DNA from: Patescibacteria group bacterium
GTDB lineage: Bacteria > Patescibacteriota > Minisyncoccia > UBA6257 > 02-FULL-45-10c
DNA length: 64,000 bases
Assembly: GCA_018969615.1 (NCBI GenBank)
Contig: JAGWYA010000001.1
Coordinates: forward strand, 169,141-233,140
Direction: 5' to 3'
In this document: piece after piece, positions 9,830 through 19,324 of the stretch
How positions within the stretch are numbered: position 1 is the first letter of the stretch
Layout of the letters: each line of letters opens with the position of its first letter
Translations under genes and position numbers: made by a program
Notes under the pieces: generated by a model
What the model saw: only the letters and a program-made list of their open reading frames with translations
Database searches by the model: none
What the model was told of the DNA's origin: nothing

Positions 9830-10639
9830 TTACTTCGCAATTGCAATCCGGCCCTGCCGGCGCACCAGCATCCCCTCTTTGATCAGATCACCGACCACGC
9901 CCTCAAGAGAATGCGCCGGCGATGTAATTTTTTTTCGAAGCTCACCAAGCGTCACCGATCTGCGATGGACCACGAAACGCAATACCTCGCCGCGGACCTT
10001 CCGGCGCGATCCTTCGAACTTCGCCTGCTTCACATAATGCTTGCTTCGGCGGTTCGCGTTCTCGCCCTGCTCCGCAAGATACGTTCCGTAATCCATTAAC
10101 GCGTTAAAGAAGCGGCGCGGATCCTTCCGGTCCATTGTCCGTTCGATCACCGGGCGGACGCGGTCATCACTCACCTTCCGCGAACCGGGAAAGAAAAAAT
10201 GAAGGTAGACGCGGCGAATATTGGTGTCCAGGAACACCGACGGCTTATTGAGTGCAAAAGCCAGGACCGCGCCCGAGGTATACGAACCGATGCCGGGAAG
10301 CTTTTCCAGCTCTTCTTTTGATTCCGGTAATTTTCCGCCATGCTCATGCACGACCGCATGCGCCATCTTCTTCAGCATCATCGCGCGGCGGTTATAGCCG
10401 AGCCCCTGCCATGCCTTGAGCACTTTCGAGACCGGCGCACGATCAAGCGCCCGCCACGTCGGGAAAAGCTTCAAAAACGCGACAAACTTCGGCTCCACCC
10501 GCTCCACCTGCGTCTGCTGGAGCATGATCTCCGAAACGGTGATCGCATACGGATCCGTCGTCCGGCGCCATGCAAAATCCCGCTTGTGCGAACGGTAATA
10601 CGTCAAAATTTTTTTTCTGAACAATAGATCCTTTTTCAT
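9830..10639 (-). CDS. mutY: A/G-specific adenine glycosylase, short form
   Basis: VSEIMLQQTQV, WQGLGYNRRA, LPGIGSYT, DTNIRR, ALMDYG. Confidence 0.9.
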   Translation of the reverse strand: MKKDLLFRKKILTYYRSHKRDFAWRRTTDPYAITVSEIMLQQTQVERVEPKFVAFLKLFPTWRALDRAPVSKVLKAWQGLGYNRRAMMLKKMAHAVVHEHGGKLPESKEELEKLPGIGSYTSGAVLAFALNKPSVFLDTNIRRVYLHFFFPGSRKVSDDRVRPVIERTMDRKDPRRFFNALMDYGTYLAEQGENANRRSKHYVKQAKFEGSRRKVRGEVLRFVVHRRSVTLGELRKKITSPAHSLEGVVGDLIKEGMLVRRQGRIAIAK

Positions 10640-10684
10640 AAAAATTCGCCCTAAATGCTAGGGCGAAATGTTTGGAAGGCCGTC

Positions 10685-11134
10685 TTAGGGATTGTTACGC
10701 ACCATAGCCGCAACATACGTATAGCCTTCTTTCCTGAATCGCTCTCCATCGCCCTCTCTCGGCAAAAAAAGCAACAAAGGATTTTCTATTTCCGGAAGGA
10801 GCGGCTCAAAGCTTTCGTTCATGGGAACGAATCTGAATCGGATAAAAGCATCGTCAAATGTCTGCATCTCGATCCGTATGATCGGCGGAGCATAGCCCAA
10901 TCCCTCCAGGCATTTCTGATCAGTGACGTTCAAAAGAACGCTCAGAAATCTGATAAAGTCCCTGAAATTATCAACGGACCGCGCATTTTGAGAGCCATAC
11001 AAAGGCTTGCCACTTTTTCCCGAGATACGCTGCATCTCAGGAAGAAATTTCTTTTGCAAGAGATCCAGTAATTCCCGAGGCTCGAAATGAATCGAAAGAT
11101 CGATCGATATCACCGCTTCCCCCGAACGCATCAA
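10685..11134 (-). CDS. Hypothetical protein (paralog of neighbour)
   Basis: Shares C-terminal pattern with 11231..11641; start uncertain. Confidence 0.55.
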   Translation of the reverse strand: MMRSGEAVISIDLSIHFEPRELLDLLQKKFLPEMQRISGKSGKPLYGSQNARSVDNFRDFIRFLSVLLNVTDQKCLEGLGYAPPIIRIEMQTFDDAFIRFRFVPMNESFEPLLPEIENPLLLFLPREGDGERFRKEGYTYVAAMVRNNP

Positions 11135-11230
11135 TGATCTACTGTCAGAATACCAAAAATGATCCCGCCGAGCCAGCAGGGACTTATGTGAATAAAAATC
11201 TCCTCCAACCTTAGGTTGGAGGAGAAAAGA

Positions 11231-11641
11231 TCAATTCTCGGAAGGAGTATCCGTAAGCACGCACATCGAAACATACCGGTATCCCTCGGCAATGAGCCTG
11301 TTCACTTCATGGACGCTCGCCGGAAAGACCAAAATCGGGCGATCCTTCTTATCCAGCAGCTCATTTCCCTGTGCATCACGAGGAACAAGGGTCAGGAGGC
11401 GCACTTTCTCGGAAGGCGCACTCAAGACGATTCGGATCGATGCCGCGGAGCAATGAAACTTCTCAAGGCAAAGCTTATTGGCGATGCCCATCTTTTTTAT
11501 CACGAACACAAAAGCAAGGACGGCCATTTCCAGGTCCCTTGCCGGCAGCCCGACCTGGGCAATATCCGGCCAAAGAAGCTGGTAAAATTTCACGCAAAGC
11601 TCATTCGGGTCCGAAGCCCTCGTCGCTTCAATGTATTTCAC
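11231..11641 (-). CDS. Hypothetical protein
   Basis: SD GGAGG before GTG start; similar to 10685..11134. Confidence 0.6.
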   Translation of the reverse strand: MKYIEATRASDPNELCVKFYQLLWPDIAQVGLPARDLEMAVLAFVFVIKKMGIANKLCLEKFHCSAASIRIVLSAPSEKVRLLTLVPRDAQGNELLDKKDRPILVFPASVHEVNRLIAEGYRYVSMCVLTDTPSEN

Positions 11642-11689
11642 CGGGATCCTCCATTCAAACTACTGCCTCCATCCTATACCTTTTTCCGC

Positions 11690-12445
11690 CTATAATTCAA
11701 CCGATGCCGCCGCGGCGCGGTACTTGCAATAATCGCAGTCATATCCCGGCTCCGGGATCGTATCGCTCAGCAATGTTTCCTTGATCTTATATAGCGCGTT
11801 CTCGATCCAGTGGTCGCTCCCCTCATATGGGATCACTTTCACATTAAACTCGAGCTTGCCGTCGAATGCCTCCTTATCCGCATCGCCGTTGCAGTATACG
11901 AAATACGCCGTATCCGAAACGGTAAATTTATTCCGCCTGAGCAGCCATTGATAGACCTCCACCTGGCGCTTGTACGCGATCTGCCACGGCGCGTCGATAT
12001 TCACCTCTTCTTTTTTCGAGGTTGCTTTGTAATCGACGACATGGAGTTCCTCGCGATCATTGATCCAGATATCGTCGACGCCGCCGGTCACGATCAAATT
12101 CGTCGGTTCATGTAATGACCGCACGCCGCCGCGCAGCGCATCGCGCCATTCATTCATCTTGTCATGCTCAAACGGCACCGCCGCGATCTTATATTGCTTC
12201 ATCAGCGGATGCGGCGTTCCATGCGCCCGATGCACATCGAACTCTTTCTTTAAAAGCGCATCAACGGCCGAGTTCAGATTGAACGGAAAGCCGGGTGGCT
12301 GGCCGACGCCCAGGCGGCGGTCCAGATAAAAACAACGGGGACAATTCAAAAAAAGATCGATCTTCGACCGGCTTAACGTGAACGGCTTATCCGAAAGCGG
12401 ATCGAAAAGGTTCTTGACCCGCTTCGGCGTATAGAATTTCGACAT
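11690..12445 (-). CDS. PD-(D/E)xK nuclease, Cas4/RecB-like (solo)
   Basis: LSRSKI, CPRCFY, GGVDD...VDYKAT, RQVEVY, CDYC. Confidence 0.85.
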   Translation of the reverse strand: MSKFYTPKRVKNLFDPLSDKPFTLSRSKIDLFLNCPRCFYLDRRLGVGQPPGFPFNLNSAVDALLKKEFDVHRAHGTPHPLMKQYKIAAVPFEHDKMNEWRDALRGGVRSLHEPTNLIVTGGVDDIWINDREELHVVDYKATSKKEEVNIDAPWQIAYKRQVEVYQWLLRRNKFTVSDTAYFVYCNGDADKEAFDGKLEFNVKVIPYEGSDHWIENALYKIKETLLSDTIPEPGYDCDYCKYRAAAASVEL

Positions 12446-12451
12446 AAAAAA

Positions 12452-12712
12452 CTATTTCCCCTGCGCAAGCGCTTTCAACGCCTCATAGGAATCCTCGCCG
12501 CAAATGAACTTATCGGTTTCCGTATTGATGAAGAACGGCACGCCGCCGCAACGGCCTTTGTCATAGGTCTCGAGCTTCGCCGCGTTCTTTTCATCGTGCC
12601 ATACCTCAAAACGCTCGAACACAAGCTTGTCTTCCTTTGCCAGCTTCTCCACCAGCGGCTCCATCGTCACGCAATGCGGGCACTCCTTTCCGTAAAATTC
12701 CAATAATGCCAT
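12452..12712 (-). CDS. Thioredoxin/glutaredoxin-like protein
   Basis: ECPHC and GVPFF; start set at MALLEFYG. Confidence 0.85.
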   Translation of the reverse strand: MALLEFYGKECPHCVTMEPLVEKLAKEDKLVFERFEVWHDEKNAAKLETYDKGRCGGVPFFINTETDKFICGEDSYEALKALAQGK

Positions 12713-12797
12713 AAGGTTATTTTTAATTATCTTCTTACTATCATTATATACCACGTGGTATACTGAATGCAGTACCTCTTTTTTTATGAGGAGTCTC

Positions 12798-13088
12798 ATG
12801 GCCGAACAGATTCAATTGCGTCATGGGAAAGTTTCCGTAGCGCTTTATGAAAAAATGAAGCCGGTGATCTTCGAATTGTACGCTCTCGGGAAAGAAAAAG
12901 AGCTTTGGGCTATGCTCGATAATGCGTTGGGCACTAAGCACATCCTCCCGCAAGTCGCCGCAATGTATCTCGAACGCGCCGGCGCGCTTCAAAGAGACCG
13001 AACCCTGAGCGCTGAAGCGAAGATCGTCATCAGATCGATCCTCCAGATCGAGGGAAGCCAGCTTCGTTTGCACAAAGACACTCCATGA
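12798..13088 (+). CDS. Hypothetical protein
   Basis: TGGTATACT promoter, SD GAGGAG, terminator after the stop. Confidence 0.55.
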   Translation: MAEQIQLRHGKVSVALYEKMKPVIFELYALGKEKELWAMLDNALGTKHILPQVAAMYLERAGALQRDRTLSAEAKIVIRSILQIEGSQLRLHKDTP

Positions 13089-13119
13089 CCCCCACGGGTC
13101 ATTTTTTTATTTCCACTAA

Positions 13120-13866
13120 CTAGATCCTGATCTTCGAGAACAGATAGCCGCCGATCGAAAGCATGATCACGGTCATGCCGGACAGCAAAAGAAAATCGGT
13201 TGAAACCGCAAAATGCGCGTTCGCGGCAAGCGCAGCGCGCAAGCCGTCTACGCCATAGGTCAGCGGATTCGCATAGGTCATTGCGAGGATCGCTTCCGGG
13301 ATCCCGTTCAGCGGAAATAACGATCCGGACAGGAAAAAGAGCGGCATCATGATGAAGTTCATAATGAGCGGGAACGCCTGCATATCTTCAAGTAACGATC
13401 CGAAGGCGGTGCCGATCGCCGCAAAATGCAATGCGATCAGGAACACGAACACAAGCGCGAGCGGAAGCATCGCATACGAAACCGGCCGAAATCCCGCCAC
13501 GAGGGCGAGAAGAAAAACGATAAATCCCTGTATGGTTGCCACCGTGGCGCCGCCCAATGTCCGGCCGAGCATGATCTGAAAGCGAGGCACTGGAGCGACC
13601 AGCGTCTCCTTCAAAAAGCCGAACTGCCGGTCCCAGATGATCTCAATGCCGGTAAAGACCGCCGTGAACATCACGCTCATGGCAATGATGCCGGGACCCA
13701 GGAACTCGATATAATTCCCTCCTCCCGCCTTTGCATAGATCGGGCCGAACCCGAAACCGAGCGCGAACAGGAACAGGATCGGCTGCCCCAAGGACCCGAT
13801 CATACGCGGTTTGGAACGGACATAGCGTTTTAATTGCCGCAACCAAAGGATATAAATAGTGCTCAT
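13120..13866 (-). CDS. ABC-2 type exporter permease
   Basis: About six TM helices, DRQFGFLKETLVAP, NPLTYGVDGLR. Confidence 0.92.
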   Translation of the reverse strand: MSTIYILWLRQLKRYVRSKPRMIGSLGQPILFLFALGFGFGPIYAKAGGGNYIEFLGPGIIAMSVMFTAVFTGIEIIWDRQFGFLKETLVAPVPRFQIMLGRTLGGATVATIQGFIVFLLALVAGFRPVSYAMLPLALVFVFLIALHFAAIGTAFGSLLEDMQAFPLIMNFIMMPLFFLSGSLFPLNGIPEAILAMTYANPLTYGVDGLRAALAANAHFAVSTDFLLLSGMTVIMLSIGGYLFSKIRI

Positions 13867-13879
13867 AGCAGTGATGATC

Positions 13880-14671
13880 TTACCGGCGCCATACGTTCCG
13901 ATGCATCCGCATAAAATCTTTTGAGCTCGCCTCTTCGGCGCGGACCTCTTTCCCGGTCAATGCAAGAAAAGCGTCTTCAAGCGACTGGGTCTTTGTCCGT
14001 TCTTTCAGCTCCGCCGGAGTTCCCTCGGTGACGATCTTCCCGTGATCGATGACCGCAACGCGGTTCGCCGCGCGGTCAGCCTCTTCCATATAATGCGTTG
14101 TGAAAAAGACCGTGATCCCCTCGGCTTTATTAAGGCCATGGATATAGCTCCAGATATGGTTCCGCGTTTGCGGATCAAGCCCCAGCGTCGGCTCATCCAA
14201 AAACAGGATCTTCGGATGATGCAATAACCCGCGGGCGATCTCAAGCCGGCGCTTCATGCCTCCTGAGAAATGCTTTACCAGATCATCCTTCCGATCGGTC
14301 AATTCAACGATCTGGAGAAGCTCGGCAATGCGCTTGCGGCGGAGGTCGCGCGGCACTTTATACAGCACGCCGTGGAATTCCAGGTTCTCCAGCGCCGTCA
14401 GCTCGTCATCAAGGCTCTGGTCCTGGAAAACGATCCCGAACGACCGCCGGACGCCGTCCTGATCTTTCGCCGGATCAGCTCCATTCAACGAAATATGACC
14501 GGAAGTTGGCGACAGCAACGTCGTCAGCATTTTGATCGTCGTCGTCTTCCCTGCTCCGTTCGGACCGAGGAACGCAAAAATATCTCCGTGTGAAACTGAA
14601 AATGAAACATGGTCGACAGCCGTCAACCCATCGAATATCTTCACTAATTCACGCACTTCAATGATATTCAT
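13880..14671 (-). CDS. ABC exporter ATPase (DrrA-like)
   Basis: GPNGAGKT, FSGGMKRR, LFLDEPT, TTHYMEEA. Confidence 0.95.
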   Translation of the reverse strand: MNIIEVRELVKIFDGLTAVDHVSFSVSHGDIFAFLGPNGAGKTTTIKMLTTLLSPTSGHISLNGADPAKDQDGVRRSFGIVFQDQSLDDELTALENLEFHGVLYKVPRDLRRKRIAELLQIVELTDRKDDLVKHFSGGMKRRLEIARGLLHHPKILFLDEPTLGLDPQTRNHIWSYIHGLNKAEGITVFFTTHYMEEADRAANRVAVIDHGKIVTEGTPAELKERTKTQSLEDAFLALTGKEVRAEEASSKDFMRMHRNVWRR

Positions 14672-14767
14672 AGAGCTATTCTAGCATGATGTGTTCTAAA
14701 GCACCAAAAGACCCCGGGATGACGTATACTGTATGAAAAGGTCGCAACCAAAAAGATACTCTCTCTT

Positions 14768-15067
14768 ATGGACACTAAAGACACTGAAGAGAAAAAGTGC
14801 GAAAAAATGTGCCACGAGCACGGCCGCGGCATGTGCCTTGGCTGCATGTGGCGTAAACACAGTGTTTGGCACTGGGTCATCGCTCTGCTTATCCTTGCGC
14901 TCGTTTTCGTCGTCGGATTCAAGCTCGGCGAATTGAAAGCACGGTTCGATTCCCGTTTCGATGCCGGATACCTGATGGGTCCGACCGGCAGGATTTGGAG
15001 CCGGAACGCCGGACCAGCCGCAGGAACCTGGGGCGAGCCGACGGCAACGACCACGCAAATGCAATAA
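14768..15067 (+). CDS. Hypothetical membrane protein with Cys/His-rich N-terminus
   Basis: One TM helix; followed by a terminator. Confidence 0.6.
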   Translation: MDTKDTEEKKCEKMCHEHGRGMCLGCMWRKHSVWHWVIALLILALVFVVGFKLGELKARFDSRFDAGYLMGPTGRIWSRNAGPAAGTWGEPTATTTQMQ

Positions 15068-15074
15068 GCTCCCG

Positions 15075-15110
15075 CATCAAAAAACGCCCCTCAAGGGGCG
15101 TTTTTTGATG
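15075..15110. terminator. Bidirectional intrinsic terminator
   Basis: catcaaaaaacgcccc-tcaa-ggggcgttttttgatg between convergent genes. Confidence 0.85.
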
Positions 15111-15111
15111 T

Positions 15112-15795
15112 CTACGCAATGGTCGGAATGACGACACGCGCCGTATGCGACGACCTCCGAAAAACAACCTCCGCATCCCGGTCGACCAGGATCGTATCCT
15201 TTTGATTGTCTGCGTAGAGCACTGCGGGGCCGCGCAAGATCTTCAGGGCGATCTCACTGTTCTCTTTCAAAACCATATGATCGGACTGCTCGGTACTGTT
15301 ATTGAACGCAAGACCCATTCCCACTTCAAAAAAGCTGTCCGTGATGCTGCGGTAATACGCCGTCGAACCGAACGGGGTTGAAACGACCACGCCGTCGCCG
15401 ATGATGGTTCCGCCGATCGGCTTCCCGTTCACCGATACGGTGTACCGGATCGCGTGACGGGCATCTTCATTATGCAAAGCGATATCATTCATCGCATACA
15501 GCGTCTTTCCCTGCGCGGTCACTTCAAGCTTCATCAGTTCTTCGATCGTATACCGATCCCTCCGAACCAGCGCCAAGACCTCTTCGTTCGTGATCCGTGA
15601 ACATTTTTTACAGATCAGACTGTCCTTCAGTACGATCTTCGGAATCCCGGGATGGGCATGCTCCGCGCGCATCAGCGTTCCGTCGCCGCCGTAGGTCACC
15701 ACGAACTGCGGATCCTCCTCGACGATCGTAAAACCTGCCGCGCGCACAGCCGGCTCGATCTTCCCCTTGTTCTTGCCGAATACAATGACCTTCAT
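15112..15795 (-). CDS. nadK: NAD(+) kinase
   Basis: GGDGT, AMND, GDGVVVSTPFGSTAY. Confidence 0.88.
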   Translation of the reverse strand: MKVIVFGKNKGKIEPAVRAAGFTIVEEDPQFVVTYGGDGTLMRAEHAHPGIPKIVLKDSLICKKCSRITNEEVLALVRRDRYTIEELMKLEVTAQGKTLYAMNDIALHNEDARHAIRYTVSVNGKPIGGTIIGDGVVVSTPFGSTAYYRSITDSFFEVGMGLAFNNSTEQSDHMVLKENSEIALKILRGPAVLYADNQKDTILVDRDAEVVFRRSSHTARVVIPTIA

Positions 15796-15810
15796 ACCCC
15801 TGAGTATATC

Positions 15811-16128
15811 CTATAAATGAGCCTCGCCATACTCCCTCATTGCGCGGGCAATAGCGCCAAGTCCCCGGCCTTTCTTGGTCAGGGTGTATTCAACACGAGG
15901 CGGCCGTTCAGCGAACATAGCCCGCTTGACCAGGCCGCATTCCTCCAATGCTTTCAAGCGTTTTGTAAGAGTTCGCGTGCTCACGCCAAAAAGCGACCCC
16001 TCAAGATCACCGAAGCGCTTCGGTCCCGAAAGAAGGTCGCGGACGATCAAAAGCATGGCGGTATCGCCGATCAGATCGGCCACCTTTGCGATGGGGCATG
16101 TACGCGCATGAGCGGTCCGCATGGTCAT
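15811..16128 (-). CDS. HxlR-family transcriptional regulator
   Basis: CPI...LIG, GPKRF, PPRVEYTLT.KG. Confidence 0.92.
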   Translation of the reverse strand: MTMRTAHARTCPIAKVADLIGDTAMLLIVRDLLSGPKRFGDLEGSLFGVSTRTLTKRLKALEECGLVKRAMFAERPPRVEYTLTKKGRGLGAIARAMREYGEAHL

Positions 16129-16152
16129 ATTTGCTACTGTAGCATGATGGAT

Positions 16153-16175
16153 AATACTTTACAAGTAAAAGTATT
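16153..16175. promoter_or_regulatory. Candidate HxlR operator
   Basis: Near-palindrome aatactttac-aa-gtaaaagtatt between divergent regulator and nitroreductase. Confidence 0.5.
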
Positions 16176-16224
16176 AATGCTATGCTTTGCCTTAAGTCGA
16201 AAAAAATAATATTTTATATTCCTT

Positions 16225-16857
16225 ATGCAGAACATGCTCGAAGCGCTCCAGTGGCGCTATGCGACCAAAAAGTTCGATCCGTCAAAAAAATTAACCGATG
16301 CTCAGCTCGGCCTCCTCGAAGAAGCGCTCAGACTCTCCCCTTCTTCGCTCGGCCTCCAGCCATGGAAGTTCATCGTCGTGAGCGATCCCGCGATCCGCGC
16401 GCAGCTGCGGAAAGCGGCATGGGACCAGCCGCAGATCACGGACGCCTCCCATTTGTTCGTTCTCGCCGTAAAAAAGAATGTTGACGCAAAAGCAGTTGAT
16501 GATTTTGTGAATTCGACCGCGAAGATCCGTAAGGTGGGTCCCGAAACCCTTTCAAGGCTCAAAGAGATGCTTATGGGCTCGATCACATCCCGAACTCCCG
16601 ACCAGGCGCGCGAATGGGGATCCCGCCAGGTCTATATCGCCCTTGGCATCCTTCTTGCGACCGCTGCCAGCGAAGGGATCGATGCCTGCCCGATGGAAGG
16701 GTTCGATCCGAAAAAATTCGACGAGATCCTCGGACTTGAGGCGCTCGGAGTTGAATCCCGAGTTCTTGCCGCCGTAGGCTTTCGTGCAAGCGATGATCCG
16801 GCCGCGCAGTCCGTTAAATCGCGCTTTGCAAAGGACGAGGTCATCATAGAGCGATAA
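16225..16857 (+). CDS. NfsB-like nitroreductase
   Basis: WRYATKKFD, SPSSLGLQPW, IDACPMEGFD. Confidence 0.93.
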   Translation: MQNMLEALQWRYATKKFDPSKKLTDAQLGLLEEALRLSPSSLGLQPWKFIVVSDPAIRAQLRKAAWDQPQITDASHLFVLAVKKNVDAKAVDDFVNSTAKIRKVGPETLSRLKEMLMGSITSRTPDQAREWGSRQVYIALGILLATAASEGIDACPMEGFDPKKFDEILGLEALGVESRVLAAVGFRASDDPAAQSVKSRFAKDEVIIER

Positions 16858-16900
16858 CGGATATCTCATAGTAAAAACTCCCGCTTCAATGCGGGAGTTT

Positions 16901-17377
16901 TTATCGGTCCAGACGCATGCGGATCTTATAGGGAGAAAAACCGATCGCAGCCCAAAACGCCATCGCTTCTTCGTTCCGCATATCAACGTTCAGCTCGATA
17001 TGCTTCACATTCTTTTTTTCAAACCAGCGAAATGCGTCGTGGACAAGGTGACGGGCAATGCTTTTTCTCCGATGCTGCGGCGGCACAAAAACATCATAGA
17101 TGATCCCGATCTTCTTCACGGCGGCGTATGCCGGAGCCGGTTCAACGCTGACCTGGGCATATCCGACGATCACGCCCGCCTCTTCGGCCACCAAGACCAG
17201 CATATCTTTATTCGATAACCACGCACCGATCTCTTCTTCAAGCCCCTCAAAAGAACTGAATGGCTTGTAATAAGGGTCGAGGCGCCGATGATGCGCAACC
17301 ATGCCCTCCAAAAGAGCGAGTACAGCCGGAATATCTTTTTTCCCTGCAACGCGGATGATCATAAATGACCTACTCAT
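16901..17377 (-). CDS. GNAT acetyltransferase
   Basis: VFVPPQHRRKSIA, N..A..FW...GF. Confidence 0.85.
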   Translation of the reverse strand: MSRSFMIIRVAGKKDIPAVLALLEGMVAHHRRLDPYYKPFSSFEGLEEEIGAWLSNKDMLVLVAEEAGVIVGYAQVSVEPAPAYAAVKKIGIIYDVFVPPQHRRKSIARHLVHDAFRWFEKKNVKHIELNVDMRNEEAMAFWAAIGFSPYKIRMRLDR

Positions 17378-18614
17378 AGCGTAACGCTTCGATCGGGTTC
17401 TTCCGGGCCGCCTGCCGAGCGGGATAGATCCCGAATGCGATCCCGGCGATCCCCGAAACGATCAGCGCCAGAATGACCGCGGTCAGCGGGAACGCAAAGA
17501 CCCATCCGATCGAAAAGAAGGTTGAAAGGACGAAATAGATCAGTGCCACGATCAGCGCTCCAAGTGCGATGCCGATCATCCCGCCCACAAATGTCAGCAG
17601 GACCGACTCGATCAGGAATTGCTCCAGGATGTCGCGATTGGTCGCACCGACCGCTTTCCGCAGTCCGATCTCCCGCGTCCGTTCCGTGACCGCAACCAGC
17701 ATGATATTCATAATACCGATACCGCCGACGATCAACGAGATCGAAGCGATGGCGGCAAGGAAAATGGTCAGGATCGATGTAATATTCCCCAGGATCGCCA
17801 GCGCGTCCTGCTGGGTCCGGATCGTAAAGTCATCCTTGTTCGGATCAGTGATGCTGTGATTTCGCCGCAGAAGGAATGTAATGCGCGATTCAACGAACGA
17901 GATATCATAGGCCGGGTTCGCTTCGACGACAATGTCGCTGAAGTACGTGATCCCGAGTAGTTCCCGTTGAGCAACGACCAGCGGCACCAATACAAGATTA
18001 TCCTGATCGATCCCGAACGCACCGGTCCCGCCTTTTTCCAGAACGCCGGTCACGCGGAAGGTTACCTGATCAAGTCTGATCGATTTTCCGATCGGATCCA
18101 GATTCCCGAAGAGCGTTGTCGCCAGACCGGGTCCGATCACCGCCACATGCGCACCCGAATCGACGTCGTTTTTCGTGAACGTGTATCCGCGGCCAACCGG
18201 AAGGTTCCGCACGCCGAAATACTGCTCCGTCGTTCCGTCATAGGTCACTTTCACATCGTTATTCCCGTAAACAGCCTCCGCCTGGCCCCGCACCTCGGGG
18301 ACCGCCGCCGAAACCGAAGGTTCACGGCGGAAGGCATCCGCATCCCGCTCTACCAGCGAAGTGATCACGATACCCTGCGCTGCAGCCGGCGCCGAAAATC
18401 TGCCGCTTCCCGACCCTCCCGGAATGATAAAAATAAGGTTCGAACCGATCCCCTGAACCTGGTTCAGGATCAGGTCCTGCGCCGACTGTCCGATCGACAT
18501 CAAAATGATCACCGAAGCGATGCCGATGACGATCCCCAGCATCGTTAAGACCGAACGCATCTTTCCATGCGCAAGGCTGCGAGTCGAAGTTTTAAAAGCG
18601 TCGCGAAAAAGCAT
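17370..18614 (-). CDS. MacB/FtsX-family ABC permease
   Basis: RSVLTMLGIVIGI, GGIGIMNIMLVAVTERTREIG, NPIEALRYE. Confidence 0.95.
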   Translation of the reverse strand: MLFRDAFKTSTRSLAHGKMRSVLTMLGIVIGIASVIILMSIGQSAQDLILNQVQGIGSNLIFIIPGGSGSGRFSAPAAAQGIVITSLVERDADAFRREPSVSAAVPEVRGQAEAVYGNNDVKVTYDGTTEQYFGVRNLPVGRGYTFTKNDVDSGAHVAVIGPGLATTLFGNLDPIGKSIRLDQVTFRVTGVLEKGGTGAFGIDQDNLVLVPLVVAQRELLGITYFSDIVVEANPAYDISFVESRITFLLRRNHSITDPNKDDFTIRTQQDALAILGNITSILTIFLAAIASISLIVGGIGIMNIMLVAVTERTREIGLRKAVGATNRDILEQFLIESVLLTFVGGMIGIALGALIVALIYFVLSTFFSIGWVFAFPLTAVILALIVSGIAGIAFGIYPARQAARKNPIEALRYE

Positions 18615-18616
18615 AT

Positions 18617-19324
18617 TTATTTAAGCGGAGCATTATGCATGTGTTTTGCGGCGACCGGCGCATCGCTTTCCACGAGGCCATCTTTAATGCGGATGATCCG
18701 GTTCGCAAATTCAGCGGTCTGCGTTTCATGCGTGACCAGAATGATCGTACGCCCCTTTTTATGAAGCGCATCGAGTATCTCCATGACCTGCAAACCGGAC
18801 TGCGAGTCGAGGTTTCCCGTCGGCTCATCGGCAAAGATCACGTTCGGGTCGGTAACCAGCGCACGGGCGATCGCCACGCGCTGCTTCTGTCCGCCGGAAA
18901 GTTTCCCCGCCTCCATATGTATCTTTTCCTCCAATCCGACCGAGCGTACCGCCTCTTCGATCCGCGCACGGCGCTGCGCCGGCGCGCCATCGGCATACAG
19001 CAACGGGATCTCCACATTTTCATAGACCGTCAACCGGGAAAGAAGATTGAACGCTTGAAAAACGAATCCCATATCCTTGTTCCGGACATGCGCAAGTTCC
19101 AAGTCGGACATCTCATCGATGCCCCGGCCCTGAAAACGATAGCTTCCGCCGGTCGGACGATCAAGGAAGCTCAAGATATGCAGCAGAGTCGATTTGCCGG
19201 ACCCTGACGGACCCATGATCGAAACGAACTCGCCTTTATCGATCGAAAAATTCACGCCGCGGAGCGCGTTCGTCGATCCCCCTTCGTCATGATATGCCTT
19301 TTGGAGGTCACGTACTTCGATCAT
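18617..19324 (-). CDS. ABC ATPase (MacB/LolD-like)
   Basis: [25 protein letters not shown]. Confidence 0.95.
   Translation of the reverse strand: MIEVRDLQKAYHDEGGSTNALRGVNFSIDKGEFVSIMGPSGSGKSTLLHILSFLDRPTGGSYRFQGRGIDEMSDLELAHVRNKDMGFVFQAFNLLSRLTVYENVEIPLLYADGAPAQRRARIEEAVRSVGLEEKIHMEAGKLSGGQKQRVAIARALVTDPNVIFADEPTGNLDSQSGLQVMEILDALHKKGRTIILVTHETQTAEFANRIIRIKDGLVESDAPVAAKHMHNAPLK

Noticed and set aside
11690-12445. CRISPR-Cas locus suggested by the Cas4-like nuclease
   Set aside because: No cas1/cas2 and no repeat-spacer array; the heptamer arrays have no unique spacers.
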